Shown here piece after piece: positions 34,661-44,915 of a stretch of 64,000 nucleotides of DNA. Every line of letters starts with the position of its first letter. Position 1 is the stretch's first letter. The translations under genes were made by a program, and so were the position numbers. The stretch spans positions 382,785 through 446,784 of the forward strand of contig CAWIYV010000010.1 in the NCBI GenBank assembly GCA_963840455.1, given 5' to 3'. The notes under the pieces were generated by a model, which did not search any database, had not been told where the DNA came from, and saw nothing but the letters and a program-made list of their open reading frames with translations. Origin of the DNA: Nitrospirota bacterium. GTDB taxonomy: Bacteria; Nitrospirota; UBA9217.

Positions 34661-37600
34661 TTAGTTTTCCCTCTCGCACCATTCCCGGGCGTTCTGGAAC
34701 ATCCGGAGCCAGGGCGACGCCGCAAGCGTCCTCTTCATCTGCTCCGGCATCCAGCCCCACTGCCAGGGGAGCACCACACGCTCGGGGTGCGGCATCATGG
34801 CAAGATGCCTGCCGTCAGGCGAGCACAGGCCCGCGATGCCTGCAGGTGAGCCATTGGGATTGAACGGGTAGTCTTCCGTGATCGCGCCGTTATCATCGAC
34901 ATAGCGGAGTGGAGCAAGACCGAACTCCGCTTCATTGTATATGTCTTTCTCGGGAAAATAGGCCATACCCTCACCATGGGCGACCCAGATGCCGAGCGCC
35001 GAGTTCTCCATGCCTTGGAACATGATGGCCGGGCTCTTCAGGACCTTCACGGTGGAAAAGCGGGACTCGAAGCGGCCGGACCGGTTGTGGATGAAGCGCG
35101 GCTGCAGCTCGTCGGCAATGCCCCGCCACGGCACCCAGCCGAGCAGCGCCATGAGCTGGCAACCGTTGCACACGCCGAGACTGAAGGTGTCGGGCCGGTG
35201 ATAGAAGCGCTCGAACTGTTCCCAGACCTTCTTGTTGAACCGTATGCTCGCCGCCCATCCCTTCGCCGAATCGAGCACGTCGGCGTAGCTGAACCCGCCG
35301 ACGAACACCACGCCGCGGAATCCGTCGAGCGTCGCCCGGCCTTCGAGAAGGTCCGTCATCATCACGTCCCAAGGCTCGAAGCCCGCGAGGGCGAAGGCCG
35401 AGACCATCTCGCGGTCGCCGTTGCTCCCCTCTTCCCGGATCACCGCGACCTTCGGCTTGTCCTTCCGCGCGAGCGCGGACGCAGGCGTCGGCTCAGGTTT
35501 GAAGGGAACGATAAACTGCGGTCCTTTCCGGTCATAGTTATTCTTCCGTTCTTCGCGGATGCTGTCCGGGTTCCGCTGGAACAGGTCGAGGCGGTGGCTC
35601 GTCTCTTCCCAGATGTCGCGAAGCACGCGCATGTCCTCGTCGAGCACGCTCTTCCAGCCCAGGTCCACCTTGATGCGCTTCTCCTGCACGGTCTTTCCGA
35701 TCATAAAGAACGGCACCTCGGCGCTGCTCAGGACCCGAAAGATCGCAGCTTCGCATGTCGGCAGGTATTCAACGACCAGCCCGGCTTCTTCGGAGAAGAG
35801 CGTCGCGATCGGATCGCTGCTGTGAACGCTCTCGCTCGGCAGGTTGATGTCGATGCCGCAGTTCCCGGAGAAGGACATCTCGAGCAGCGTCGTGATGATG
35901 CCCCCGTCGGAGCGGTCGTGGCCGGCGAGAATGAGGCGCTTGCTGATCAGCTTCTGTACAGCATTGAAACCGCGCTTCAGCAGTTCGGCGTCCTCGATGT
36001 CCGGCGACTCGTTCCCTGTCTGGCCGAAGACTTGCGCCAGGGCCGAGCCGCCAAGGCGGTTCTTGCCGCTCGAGAGATCGATGAACAGAAGATTGCTCCG
36101 TCCCGGCATCTTGAGGTCAGGCGTGACCGTCTTGGTAATGTCGGGGCAGGTGACGTAGGCGGAGATGACGAGCGTGCCCGGTGACTTCACCGTTTCGTGC
36201 GATCCGTCGGCGTTCGTCACTTTCGCTGCCATCGAAAGACTGTCCTTCCCGCCGTCGACCGCGATGCCGAGCTTGATCATGATGTCCCGCATGGCGACGG
36301 CGGCATCATACAACCGGCTGCCTTCGCCCGGGAGCTTGGGCGCCCACATCCAGTTGCCGGAGCATCGGATGTCCCCGAGCCCGCTCACTTCGGCCCAGAT
36401 AATGTTCGTAAGCGCTTCGGCGATGCTCATCCTTGCCATGGCAGCCGGGTCGAGTAGCTCCTTCACCGGCTGCTCGCCGATGGAACAGGCTGCACCGGTG
36501 GTGCCGAAGTGGGACTGGGCGATGACCGCGACGTCGGACACGGTAAGCTGCAAGGGGCCTGCGCACTGCTGACGCGCGATGAGGCCGGTCACGGACCGGT
36601 CGACCTTGTTCGTAAGAAAGCGTTTCGATCCGACCGAAAGAAGCCTCAGCACACGGTCAAGGGCCTTCCTGACTGTCAGATCAGGGGGAAGTTCAAGTGG
36701 CTTGAGCGCTGATTTCCTGCGGTCGAGCGTGAAGGTCTTTTGCGGCATGTCGCCCAGCACTTTCGACAGCTCGAGGTTCACCGGCGTGGAACCGTCGCTC
36801 GCGTCATGAAGAACGATATAGCCGTCGCCGGTTACCTGGCCGATGAACGCTACCGGCACCTTCTCCCGCGTACAGAGATCCTCAAAGAGCGGCGCATGCT
36901 CCGGCTTCAGCAGCAGCGCGTTCTGCTCCTGGTATTCGGCGCCCCAGATCTCGAGCGCCGACAGGGTCTCATCACCCACCTGGATCTTCCGGATCTCGAT
37001 CTTCGCGCCGGCAGGGTGAACGATCTCTTTCACCACGTTGCAGTTCCCGCCCGCACCCTGGTCGTGGATGCTCACAATCGGGTTCTTCTCGCCCAATTCC
37101 ACGCAGGCTCGGATCACGCGGTTCATCTTTTGCTCCATCTCGGCGTCGCCGCGCTGGACAGCGTTGAAGTCGAGCTCCGCTATATTCTCGCCCTGGATCA
37201 TGGACGAAGCAGCACCACCGCCCATACCGATGCGGTAGGCGGGGCCGCCCACCTTGACCACGAGCATCCCCTTCTGGGGCTCCGATTTCGACCTGTGGCG
37301 GCTGTCCATCTGGCCGATGCCGCCGCTGAACATGATCGGCTTGAGCCACTCGCGCCGCTCGCCGTCGGGGAGACGCAAGCCGAAGGACCGCGTGAACCCC
37401 TGAATGAGCGGCTCACCGAACTTGTTGCCGTAGTCAGACGCACCATTGCTCGCCTCAACCTCGATCTGAAGCGGCGACGCGAGGTTCGAGGGATACACGA
37501 AGGACGCGTCCTCCCATGGCAACTCGTACCCCGGAATGCGGAGGTTCCCGACACAGTAGGCGGCCGTGCCGGCCACGACAAGTCCGCCGATACCCGTGGC

Positions 37601-38614
37601 CTGCACGTCGCGGATGCGGCCGCCGGTCCCGGTCTCGGCGCCCGGGAAGGGGGCCACGCCCGAGGGGAAATTGTGCGTCTCGGCGGTGAAAATGATGTCG
37701 TGCCTTCGCTTCGCTTTCTTAAAAGGAGACGGGCTACCGGGGGTCTCAGGGATTATCGTGGTAATATCGTAGCCCCGGATGGAGCTTGAATTATCGCTGA
37801 AGGCGATGATGCTGTTGTTCCGGTTCGCCTCGTACGTCGCCTTCACGATCTTCATCAGCGTCTCGGGGACCTCCCTGCCGTCCACAATGAGCTTGCCGCG
37901 GAAGAACCAGTGGCGCGAGTGCTCGCTGTTCGACTGGGAAAGATCGAAGCACTCCACATTGGTGGGATTCCGCCCGATGTCCTTCACAAAGAGACTGGTA
38001 TAGTAATCAAGGTCCCAGTCATCCATGCCCAGCCCCATAGCGCGATTGATCTTCTCGAGCGCCGGCCTGCCTTCTTCCATGAGCGGGATAACGCGGACCG
38101 GCTCAGGATTCACGCCGGTCTCAAAGGTTGTGAGCGGCTCCGGATAGGGGCACTCGGTCATGCGGTCGTGTACCAGCGACAGGAATGCGGCCCGCTGCCC
38201 CCGGCTCAGCGCCACCTTCCCAGCAAGGACCAGCACATAGCGGCGCGAGCGCTCGATGCGCGTGATCTTCCTGAGCCCGCAGGCATGGCAGACGGACACA
38301 GCGTTCGTGGACCAGGCCGTGGTGAAGCTCATGCGAGGACCGACCTCGAACAGGATGTACGGCCGCGGGTGAGAGGCATCGGCAGCGAGAAAGCTCCTTG
38401 CCGAGAACTTCTCCGGTTCGAAGGTCTCGGCAAGGAGCCACCGGAGGAGAAGCATCTCATCCGCGGACAGCGATGATAACGCGGCAATGTTATAGCAGAA
38501 CTCGGTCTCGATGCCATGGACGCCGCGAAAGACCTCCTGCCGCACGGCATGGAGGAGGCCGTCGGTCTGGAACGAGGAGAGTGCAGGGGTGCGGTAGAGA
38601 CGAAAGAGGACCAT
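34661..38614 (-). CDS. purL: phosphoribosylformylglycinamidine synthase (single-chain large PurL)
   Basis: About 1317 aa. N-terminus MVLFRLYRTPALSSFQ matches E. coli PurL LRGSPALSAFR. Two AIRS-like repeats and a C-terminal glutaminase domain. Start taken at the ATG at 38614; the track begins from GTG 38656. Confidence 0.9.
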   Translation of the reverse strand: MVLFRLYRTPALSSFQTDGLLHAVRQEVFRGVHGIETEFCYNIAALSSLSADEMLLLRWLLAETFEPEKFSARSFLAADASHPRPYILFEVGPRMSFTTAWSTNAVSVCHACGLRKITRIERSRRYVLVLAGKVALSRGQRAAFLSLVHDRMTECPYPEPLTTFETGVNPEPVRVIPLMEEGRPALEKINRAMGLGMDDWDLDYYTSLFVKDIGRNPTNVECFDLSQSNSEHSRHWFFRGKLIVDGREVPETLMKIVKATYEANRNNSIIAFSDNSSSIRGYDITTIIPETPGSPSPFKKAKRRHDIIFTAETHNFPSGVAPFPGAETGTGGRIRDVQATGIGGLVVAGTAAYCVGNLRIPGYELPWEDASFVYPSNLASPLQIEVEASNGASDYGNKFGEPLIQGFTRSFGLRLPDGERREWLKPIMFSGGIGQMDSRHRSKSEPQKGMLVVKVGGPAYRIGMGGGAASSMIQGENIAELDFNAVQRGDAEMEQKMNRVIRACVELGEKNPIVSIHDQGAGGNCNVVKEIVHPAGAKIEIRKIQVGDETLSALEIWGAEYQEQNALLLKPEHAPLFEDLCTREKVPVAFIGQVTGDGYIVLHDASDGSTPVNLELSKVLGDMPQKTFTLDRRKSALKPLELPPDLTVRKALDRVLRLLSVGSKRFLTNKVDRSVTGLIARQQCAGPLQLTVSDVAVIAQSHFGTTGAACSIGEQPVKELLDPAAMARMSIAEALTNIIWAEVSGLGDIRCSGNWMWAPKLPGEGSRLYDAAVAMRDIMIKLGIAVDGGKDSLSMAAKVTNADGSHETVKSPGTLVISAYVTCPDITKTVTPDLKMPGRSNLLFIDLSSGKNRLGGSALAQVFGQTGNESPDIEDAELLKRGFNAVQKLISKRLILAGHDRSDGGIITTLLEMSFSGNCGIDINLPSESVHSSDPIATLFSEEAGLVVEYLPTCEAAIFRVLSSAEVPFFMIGKTVQEKRIKVDLGWKSVLDEDMRVLRDIWEETSHRLDLFQRNPDSIREERKNNYDRKGPQFIVPFKPEPTPASALARKDKPKVAVIREEGSNGDREMVSAFALAGFEPWDVMMTDLLEGRATLDGFRGVVFVGGFSYADVLDSAKGWAASIRFNKKVWEQFERFYHRPDTFSLGVCNGCQLMALLGWVPWRGIADELQPRFIHNRSGRFESRFSTVKVLKSPAIMFQGMENSALGIWVAHGEGMAYFPEKDIYNEAEFGLAPLRYVDDNGAITEDYPFNPNGSPAGIAGLCSPDGRHLAMMPHPERVVLPWQWGWMPEQMKRTLAASPWLRMFQNAREWCEREN

Positions 38615-38730
38615 ATTTATCTTAATACCAAGGCCCGGGATGTGCCGTGCGAGCACCTGGTACGAGAGGGGGCCATGGTGTCATCCTGGAAACCATGCTC
38701 TGCTGCCGCAAGTGTTCGATCTAGCTGAGG

Positions 38731-39132
38731 TTACTTCCGTTCGGCCAGGGAGACGACCTTCTGATCGGATGATTTTTTCTGGCTGGCCATCTCGCACTTG
38801 CCGTCGAAAGTCACGCCTTCTTCGATAATGAGATTCGGGGTCTTGATGTTCCCTTCGATGATGCCCGGAGCGAGGATATGCACTCTCTGGCTCGCATTGA
38901 CGTTGCCGACGATCTTCCCGCTCGAGATGATCGTCCCGATGCTGATCTCGCCCTGGAGGTGGGCCTCGTCGCCGGCGATCAAGGTGTCCTTCGAGAGGAC
39001 TTCTCCTTCCACCCTGCCGTCGACCCGGATGGTCCCCTCGAAACTGAGCACGCCCTTGAACTCGGTGCCCTTGCCGAGGAACGCGGTGATCTCCGCATGT
39101 TCCGCTGATACGCCCGAAGCTTTTTTCAACAT
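38731..39132 (-). CDS. bactofilin
   Basis: 133 aa of beta-helical bactofilin (DUF583) repeats (KGTEFKGVLSFEGTIRVDGRVEGEV...). Immediately downstream of parB. Confidence 0.8.
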   Translation of the reverse strand: MLKKASGVSAEHAEITAFLGKGTEFKGVLSFEGTIRVDGRVEGEVLSKDTLIAGDEAHLQGEISIGTIISSGKIVGNVNASQRVHILAPGIIEGNIKTPNLIIEEGVTFDGKCEMASQKKSSDQKVVSLAERK

Positions 39133-39272
39133 GGATGAATCCTCCTCAGGAAATTCTTAGAAAGATCTTCGTCACAGAGGTCACCGAGAGCACAGAGAAG
39201 AGCCATTGCAAAAACCCCTCTCGTCTCCCTTCGTGTCCTCCGTGTGCTCTATGGTACTATCTTGATCGATAC

Positions 39273-40118
39273 TTACCCGATCGTTTCCAGGATGCGCTCC
39301 AGCTCTTCGTTGGAATAGTACTCGATGATGATCTTCCCGCCCTTGGCCTTGGCTGCGATGCTCACCTTCGTGCCGAGGGATTTTCTCAGCCGATCCTCAA
39401 TAGCCTTGAACTCGGCTCCCGCTCGCGCCTTCTTCTCCTTCACCGGATTCTTGAGCCGGGCCGCAAGCGCCTCGGCCTCACGGACCGAGAGCGCCTTCTT
39501 CACGATCTGGTTCGCTGCGAACATCTGGTCGCGCAGCCGTTCAAGGGAAAGGAGGGCCTTGGCATGACCCATATTGAGCGTGCCCGCTGCCAGGTGCTGT
39601 TTTATCTCCTTCGGCAGTCCGAGAAGCCGCAGGAAGTTGGTGATCGTGGAGCGCTCCTTGCCCACGCGCTTTGCGAGGTCCTCCTGGGTCAGCTTGTATT
39701 CGTCTTGGAGCTGCTTGAACGCTTCCGCTGCTTCGAGCGGGTTCAGGTCCTCGCGCTGGATGTTCTCGATGAGGGCCTGCTCGATGAGCTCCCGCTTGCT
39801 GGCCTCCCGGACCAGCGCCGGGACCGTCTTAAGGCCGGCAAGTCGCGCAGCACGCCAGCGGCGCTCGCCGGCGATGAGGCCGAAGTTCGTGCCGATGCGG
39901 TGCACGATGATCGGCTGGATGACGCCCTGAATTTTGATCGACGCGGCAAGTTCCTTGAGTTTCTCGTCGTTGAACACCTTCCGGGGCTGATATTCGTTCG
40001 GGACCAGCTTGTCCAGCTCGATCTCCAGGATGCCGAGGGATTTCCGCTCTTTTTCATCAAGGGCAGAAAGGTCGGGGATCAGCGCGCCGAGCCCCTTACC
40101 GAGCGCCTGTTTTTGCAT
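39273..40118 (-). CDS. parB: chromosome partitioning protein ParB (Spo0J)
   Basis: 281 aa with the ParB N-domain GERRWRAA motif, an HTH region and a C-terminal dimerisation region. Confidence 0.92.
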   Translation of the reverse strand: MQKQALGKGLGALIPDLSALDEKERKSLGILEIELDKLVPNEYQPRKVFNDEKLKELAASIKIQGVIQPIIVHRIGTNFGLIAGERRWRAARLAGLKTVPALVREASKRELIEQALIENIQREDLNPLEAAEAFKQLQDEYKLTQEDLAKRVGKERSTITNFLRLLGLPKEIKQHLAAGTLNMGHAKALLSLERLRDQMFAANQIVKKALSVREAEALAARLKNPVKEKKARAGAEFKAIEDRLRKSLGTKVSIAAKAKGGKIIIEYYSNEELERILETIG

Positions 40119-40872
40119 GGCTCAGAACCTCCCTTGCGAGATCGAGATAGCTCTGCGCACCTTTCGAGCGTATATCATAGAGAATGACGGGTTTGCCATG
40201 GCTGGGTGCTTCGCTCAACGTCACATTCCGGTTGATCACCGTATTGTAGACCTTGCTGCCGAAATACTTGCGCACCTCGCTGGCTACCTGGTCCGCGAGA
40301 TTGTTCCGACTGTCGTACATGGTCAGGAGCACGCCTTCGACGACCAGCTCCGGGTTCAGATCCTGCTTGATGAGCTTCACGGTGTTCATGAGCGCTGACA
40401 ATCCCTCGAGTGCATAGTACTCGCACTGGACCGGGATCAGTACCCCGTCGGCCGCGGTCAGGGCGTTCACCGTCAACAGACCTAGCGATGGCGGGCAGTC
40501 TATGAAGATGTAATCGTAACTGTTTCGATACGGTTGGAGCGCCTTCTTGAGCACCCGCTCGCGGGAGATCATCTGGATAAGCTCGACCTCCACCCCGACG
40601 AGGTCGATCCGGGAAGGAACGACCTCGAGCCAGGAAAAATGCGTCGCCTTTTTAATCTCTTCAAGGGAACGCTTGCCGGTAAACAGGTCGTACGTGCTAC
40701 CGACCACGTCCTGCCGGTCGATCCCCATTCCGCTTGTGGAATTGCCCTGGGGGTCGGAGTCGATGAGCAATACCTTCTTTTCCGCTGCGGCAAGCGAAGC
40801 GGCGATGTTCACTGCGGTCGTCGTCTTGCCGACACCGCCCTTTTGATTGGCAATGGCAATGACCCTGCCCAT
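40096..40872 (-). CDS. parA: chromosome partitioning ATPase ParA (Soj)
   Basis: Deviant Walker A KGGVGKTT. 258 aa. Overlaps the parB start. Confidence 0.92.
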   Translation of the reverse strand: MGRVIAIANQKGGVGKTTTAVNIAASLAAAEKKVLLIDSDPQGNSTSGMGIDRQDVVGSTYDLFTGKRSLEEIKKATHFSWLEVVPSRIDLVGVEVELIQMISRERVLKKALQPYRNSYDYIFIDCPPSLGLLTVNALTAADGVLIPVQCEYYALEGLSALMNTVKLIKQDLNPELVVEGVLLTMYDSRNNLADQVASEVRKYFGSKVYNTVINRNVTLSEAPSHGKPVILYDIRSKGAQSYLDLAREVLSHAKTGAR

Positions 40873-41169
40873 GAAACCTCCGGCACAGCCTTTAAAAAAA
40901 CCGGGTTACTTTACCATAGGAGGAGGATAAAAGGAAGAAAAAATTCATCTTATCGCTTCGAATGGGACCAAAATGAAGAGAGGAATATTCTTAGTATTTT
41001 GAATGAATAAAGGTCAGAGAAAGGGTCGCTGAGACGTTCAGTCCTGCTTATTTGGATGAACCACGGTATCAGCTTATTGGGCGTCCTTCGTCATGATTGC
41101 GGTGTCCGCTGTGGTTAAAACAAACTGGAATTTCCATTACCTGTCGTGCGCGCAGCTCAGCGCCTCCGA

Positions 41170-41185
41170 TGTTCCACGTGGAACA
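41170..41185. promoter_or_regulatory. parS site (perfect palindrome TGTTCCACGTGGAACA)
   Basis: Matches the parS consensus tGTTNCACGTGNAACa. The left half is identical to B. subtilis parS. Abuts the stop of the Clp1-like gene. Confidence 0.7.
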
Positions 41186-42253
41186 TTACCACTGTCCCAG
41201 CTCGCTCCCTGCGGGATTGACCCGGAGCGATCCCAGAGCTATATGCCGGACCGCGGCCACATCCCGGAGCGGGGTTATGACGCGCAGGATCAGCTCTTTC
41301 AAATCCAACTCCCGGACAATGCCCAGTCCGAGGCAAAGGTTCCCGTCATCGCTTAGGCCGACCAGAAGATAGTCGAGCTCGGACCTCTTTACGACAGAGA
41401 TCTCCCTGACGCCGTACCGCTCTCTCGCCGTGTACTGCTCCTCCTCCGAGTAGTCTCCATCGGTGATCACGAACAGCCGGTCTGCTGAAAGCTCGGCATG
41501 GACCACGATGCTATTCAGGACCTTTGACAGATGGTTGATATCCCGGAACCCCAGCCGCTCCCCGGTCCCGAGTCCGGGGCCGTGAACACCCATGTCGCTC
41601 AATGCGATATCCTGGAACTCGGCGCCGCGAAAATACTCCTTAAACCTTTGCTCGCGGCCAGCCTTGCGCGCCTCACTGGTCGAGATCCGGGCGTCAGGCG
41701 AGACTGGCAGCCGCAGGATCAGCAAACCAGCCCGGTGCGAGTGCGGCGAGACCAGGTGCTCGACCTCGTTCTTCTGCTCGATGGCGACAACATAGCGCGG
41801 CGCGATCATGTCGATCTCGTGATACTTGAGCTCCCGGGCAGCACCTCCGTTCACCAGGCCGCAGGTATTGATGATGACCAAATCTGGAGCAAGGGACAGC
41901 GCCCGGTTATAGAGCTTCTGAATGGCCGTGACCGCGTCGAGGAGATGGCCGACCGGGCTTGTGTTGCCGATAAAGCCCATGACGAGCGGCGCCTTCCGCT
42001 TGAGCAGTTCACCGGCGTCCGCGTAAAGGCCGAGCGAGTAAGCCGCAGGCGGGCCGATGAACGGCTGGCCGGGATCAGCATCAATCCAGGCAACACGCCT
42101 GCCCAGCCTGCAGAAATATCCTGCAAGGTACAGGCAAAACGTGGTCTTGCCAGAACCTGGCGCGCCGATGACCATGACCGGACCGCCCTGGGCAGCGATC
42201 TCCTCTGCCGACGCCCGCCATTCAGGCGGGATATGGAATGTACTTTCTGACAT
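41186..42253 (-). CDS. Clp1-family P-loop polynucleotide kinase-like protein
   Basis: Walker A VIGAPGSGKTT in a Clp1_P-like context (FCLYLAGYFCRLGRRVAWIDADPGQPFIGPP) plus a Clp1-like C-terminal region. Start ambiguous between ATG 42253 and TTG 42286. Confidence 0.6.
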   Translation of the reverse strand: MSESTFHIPPEWRASAEEIAAQGGPVMVIGAPGSGKTTFCLYLAGYFCRLGRRVAWIDADPGQPFIGPPAAYSLGLYADAGELLKRKAPLVMGFIGNTSPVGHLLDAVTAIQKLYNRALSLAPDLVIINTCGLVNGGAARELKYHEIDMIAPRYVVAIEQKNEVEHLVSPHSHRAGLLILRLPVSPDARISTSEARKAGREQRFKEYFRGAEFQDIALSDMGVHGPGLGTGERLGFRDINHLSKVLNSIVVHAELSADRLFVITDGDYSEEEQYTARERYGVREISVVKRSELDYLLVGLSDDGNLCLGLGIVRELDLKELILRVITPLRDVAAVRHIALGSLRVNPAGSELGQW

Positions 42254-42341
42254 GTGCGTATTCGGAATCCGGAATCCCGGGACCAAAAGAAAATCTTGTG
42301 CCTTGGTCGCTCTTCTGACTCCTGACTCCAGTTATATTAAT

Positions 42342-42357
42342 TGTTCCACGTGGAACA
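42342..42357. promoter_or_regulatory. parS site (second identical copy, TGTTCCACGTGGAACA)
   Basis: Identical 16-mer (18-mer with flanks) to 41170..41185. Lies between the rsmG stop and the Clp1-like gene start. Confidence 0.7.
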
Positions 42358-43002
42358 TCAGTCCTTCTTCTGAAACACCCAGAGTGCGCGGGGGTCGCCG
42401 GAGCCCGGGAGGATTATTTCGTGCTGCGCCTTGACCAGCATGCCTTGCTCCGCAACCGTATCATCGCTGACCGTTTCGGCAGGTCCCCTGCTCAGAATCA
42501 TGAGCCCGCCCGGCTTCAGGAAGAGAGATCCCTCCTTGAGAGCAGTTCCCATGTCTGCAAAGGCCCGGGCCGTTACGACGTTATACCTCGCATGATGCTC
42601 CGGGAGGAGTGCGTCTGTCCTAGCATCGAGGACCTCCACACCTTCAAGCCGGAGGGTCCTGATGATATGCCGGAGAAAGGTCCCTTTCTTCCGGACCGAC
42701 TCCACCATGATCACCGAAAGGGCAGGAGCAGCGATCTTGATGGGCAGGGCCGGGAAGCCTGCACCGGAACCCATGTCGAGCAGCGTCATGCCCGGCCTTG
42801 GTTTGAAGCCCCTCAGATAGGAGAAAGAATCGATGAAGTGCTTGGTGACGATCTCTCGCCCATCGCGGATGGCGGTCAGATTGAACTTCCGGTTCCACTT
42901 TTCGAGCTCAACAAGGTAGACCATGCATGCATCAGCCTGCTCGTCGGTCAGGCCGAGCCCGAACGCGGCTGCTCCAGCAATGAGGGTCCTCCGGAGCGTC
43001 AT
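42358..43002 (-). CDS. rsmG: 16S rRNA (guanine527-N7)-methyltransferase
   Basis: 214 aa GidB family with SAM motif LLDMGSGAGFP. Start overlaps the mnmG stop. Confidence 0.88.
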   Translation of the reverse strand: MTLRRTLIAGAAAFGLGLTDEQADACMVYLVELEKWNRKFNLTAIRDGREIVTKHFIDSFSYLRGFKPRPGMTLLDMGSGAGFPALPIKIAAPALSVIMVESVRKKGTFLRHIIRTLRLEGVEVLDARTDALLPEHHARYNVVTARAFADMGTALKEGSLFLKPGGLMILSRGPAETVSDDTVAEQGMLVKAQHEIILPGSGDPRALWVFQKKD

Positions 43003-44882
43003 CCTGCTGCCTTTCCCCGCTTTCGCTTCTCCAGGGCGACCATGAGCAGCGAAATGGCCGCCGGCGTAATCCCGGAGATACGCGAGGCCTGGCCAAGCGA
43101 GACAGGCCTTACCTGTTTGAGCTTCTGCTTAACTTCCGAACCGAGCCCGGTGATGGCCTCGTAGTCCAGGTCAGGGGGAATGGCCTTCTGCTCAAGCCCT
43201 GCATAGCGCTTCACCTGGTTCATCTGGCGCTCGATGTATCCTTCGTACTTGACCTGGATCTCCACCTGCTCTGCTGCATCAGGCTTGACCGGAGCAGGCG
43301 GCGGGCTGATCTTTTCAATGTCCCCGTAGCTGAGCTCGGGCCGCTTAAGCAACTGCTCCAGCGACGCCTCTGCCGAAAGTGGCGATGAGCTCCTGCGCTG
43401 GAGGTCCGCATTGATCTGCGGGGACGGCTTGATCAATGTCCGCTTGAGCCTGCCGAGTTCCTGCCCCACAGATTCCTTCTTCTCGAGATACTGATGATAG
43501 ACCTCATCGGACACGAGCTTGATCTCCCTGCCGATGTCCCGAAGCCTCATATCGGCGTTGTCCTCCCGAAGGATAAGCCGATACTCCGCACGGGAAGTGA
43601 ACATTCGGTACGGCTCTTCCGTTCCGCGCGTCACAAGATCGTCGATCATCACGCCGATATAGGCCTGCGATCTTGCGAGTACGAGCGGTTCCCTTTTTTG
43701 TACTTTCAGGCCTGCATTGATGCCCGCCATCAGGCCCTGTGCCGCCGCTTCTTCGTATCCCGATGTGCCGTTGATCTGGCCGGCAAAGTAAAGACCTTCG
43801 ATGAGTTTCGTCTCTAGGGTATGCTTGACCTGTGTCGGCGGTGCGTAATCATACTCGATCGCGTAGGCAGGCCGCATAATCTCGACATCTTCCAGTCCCG
43901 TTATCGAGCGGTAGAGCTTTGTCTGCACGTCGACCGGCAGGCTGGTAGAAACACCATTGGCGTAATACTCCTCCGTTTCGAGGCCCTCAGGTTCCAGGAA
44001 AACCTGATGCCTCTCCCTCTCAGAGAAGCGCATGACTTTATCTTCGATTGATGGACAGTACCTCGGCCCTATTCCTTTTATCACACCAGCATATAGTGGG
44101 GACTGATGAAGATTATTTCTTATAATTTCATGTGTAAGTGGGTTGGTATATGTTAAATAGCAGGGTAATTGAGGTAATGGATGGCTATTTTCAGTGAACG
44201 AAAAGATCGGCGCAGGTTCGTCGCCTGGTTGGATCTTCATTTTTCTGAAGTCAATCGAGCGTCCGTTGAGCCGGGCAGGCGTTCCGGTCTTCAGCCTGCC
44301 GAGCTCAAAGCCGAGCTGACTCAGGTTGTCCGACAATCCCACAGACGGGAACTCTCCCGCTCTCCCTGAAGGATAATGTGACAGTCCAATGTGGATCAGC
44401 CCCTTCAGGAATGTACCGGTCGTGATGATCACTGCAGATGACCGATATTGGACGCCGATGTTCGTCTCTACGCCTTCGACGCGGCCTCCTTCTACGATGA
44501 GCTTTTCCACCTGTCCCTGTTTCACATCGAGACCCTGCTGCTTCTCGAGCGTTTCCTTCATCGCTATGCGGTACCGTTGTTTGTCCGCCTGCGCGCGCGT
44601 ACCCCGCACTGCCGGCCCCTTGCTCTTGTTCAGGACGCGGAACTGGATGCCTGTGCGATCGATGCACTTCGCCATCTCTCCGCCCAGCGCGTCGATCTCT
44701 TTCACCAGATGGCCCTTGGCAAGGCCACCGATGGCGGGATTGCAGGACATCTGTGCGATGGTGTCCAGGTTCATCGTGAGCATGAGCGTGGAACAGCCCA
44801 TGCGCGCCGACGCCAGTGCTGCCTCACACCCCGCATGCCCGGCGCCTATGACGATGACATCATATCTGTCCTGGTAAGACAT
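42999..44882 (-). CDS. mnmG: tRNA uridine 5-carboxymethylaminomethyl modification enzyme MnmG (GidA)
   Basis: 627 aa with FAD-binding N-terminus YDVIVIGAGHAGCEAA. Confidence 0.92.
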   Translation of the reverse strand: MSYQDRYDVIVIGAGHAGCEAALASARMGCSTLMLTMNLDTIAQMSCNPAIGGLAKGHLVKEIDALGGEMAKCIDRTGIQFRVLNKSKGPAVRGTRAQADKQRYRIAMKETLEKQQGLDVKQGQVEKLIVEGGRVEGVETNIGVQYRSSAVIITTGTFLKGLIHIGLSHYPSGRAGEFPSVGLSDNLSQLGFELGRLKTGTPARLNGRSIDFRKMKIQPGDEPAPIFSFTENSHPLPQLPCYLTYTNPLTHEIIRNNLHQSPLYAGVIKGIGPRYCPSIEDKVMRFSERERHQVFLEPEGLETEEYYANGVSTSLPVDVQTKLYRSITGLEDVEIMRPAYAIEYDYAPPTQVKHTLETKLIEGLYFAGQINGTSGYEEAAAQGLMAGINAGLKVQKREPLVLARSQAYIGVMIDDLVTRGTEEPYRMFTSRAEYRLILREDNADMRLRDIGREIKLVSDEVYHQYLEKKESVGQELGRLKRTLIKPSPQINADLQRRSSSPLSAEASLEQLLKRPELSYGDIEKISPPPAPVKPDAAEQVEIQVKYEGYIERQMNQVKRYAGLEQKAIPPDLDYEAITGLGSEVKQKLKQVRPVSLGQASRISGITPAAISLLMVALEKRKRGKAAG

Positions 44883-44915
44883 CGTTACGCTCGGATCTTC
44901 TTATATAACTTTTGT

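Noticed and set aside
34976-37789. Plus-strand ORFs of 402 aa and 349 aa
   Set aside because: Antisense to purL. Artefacts.
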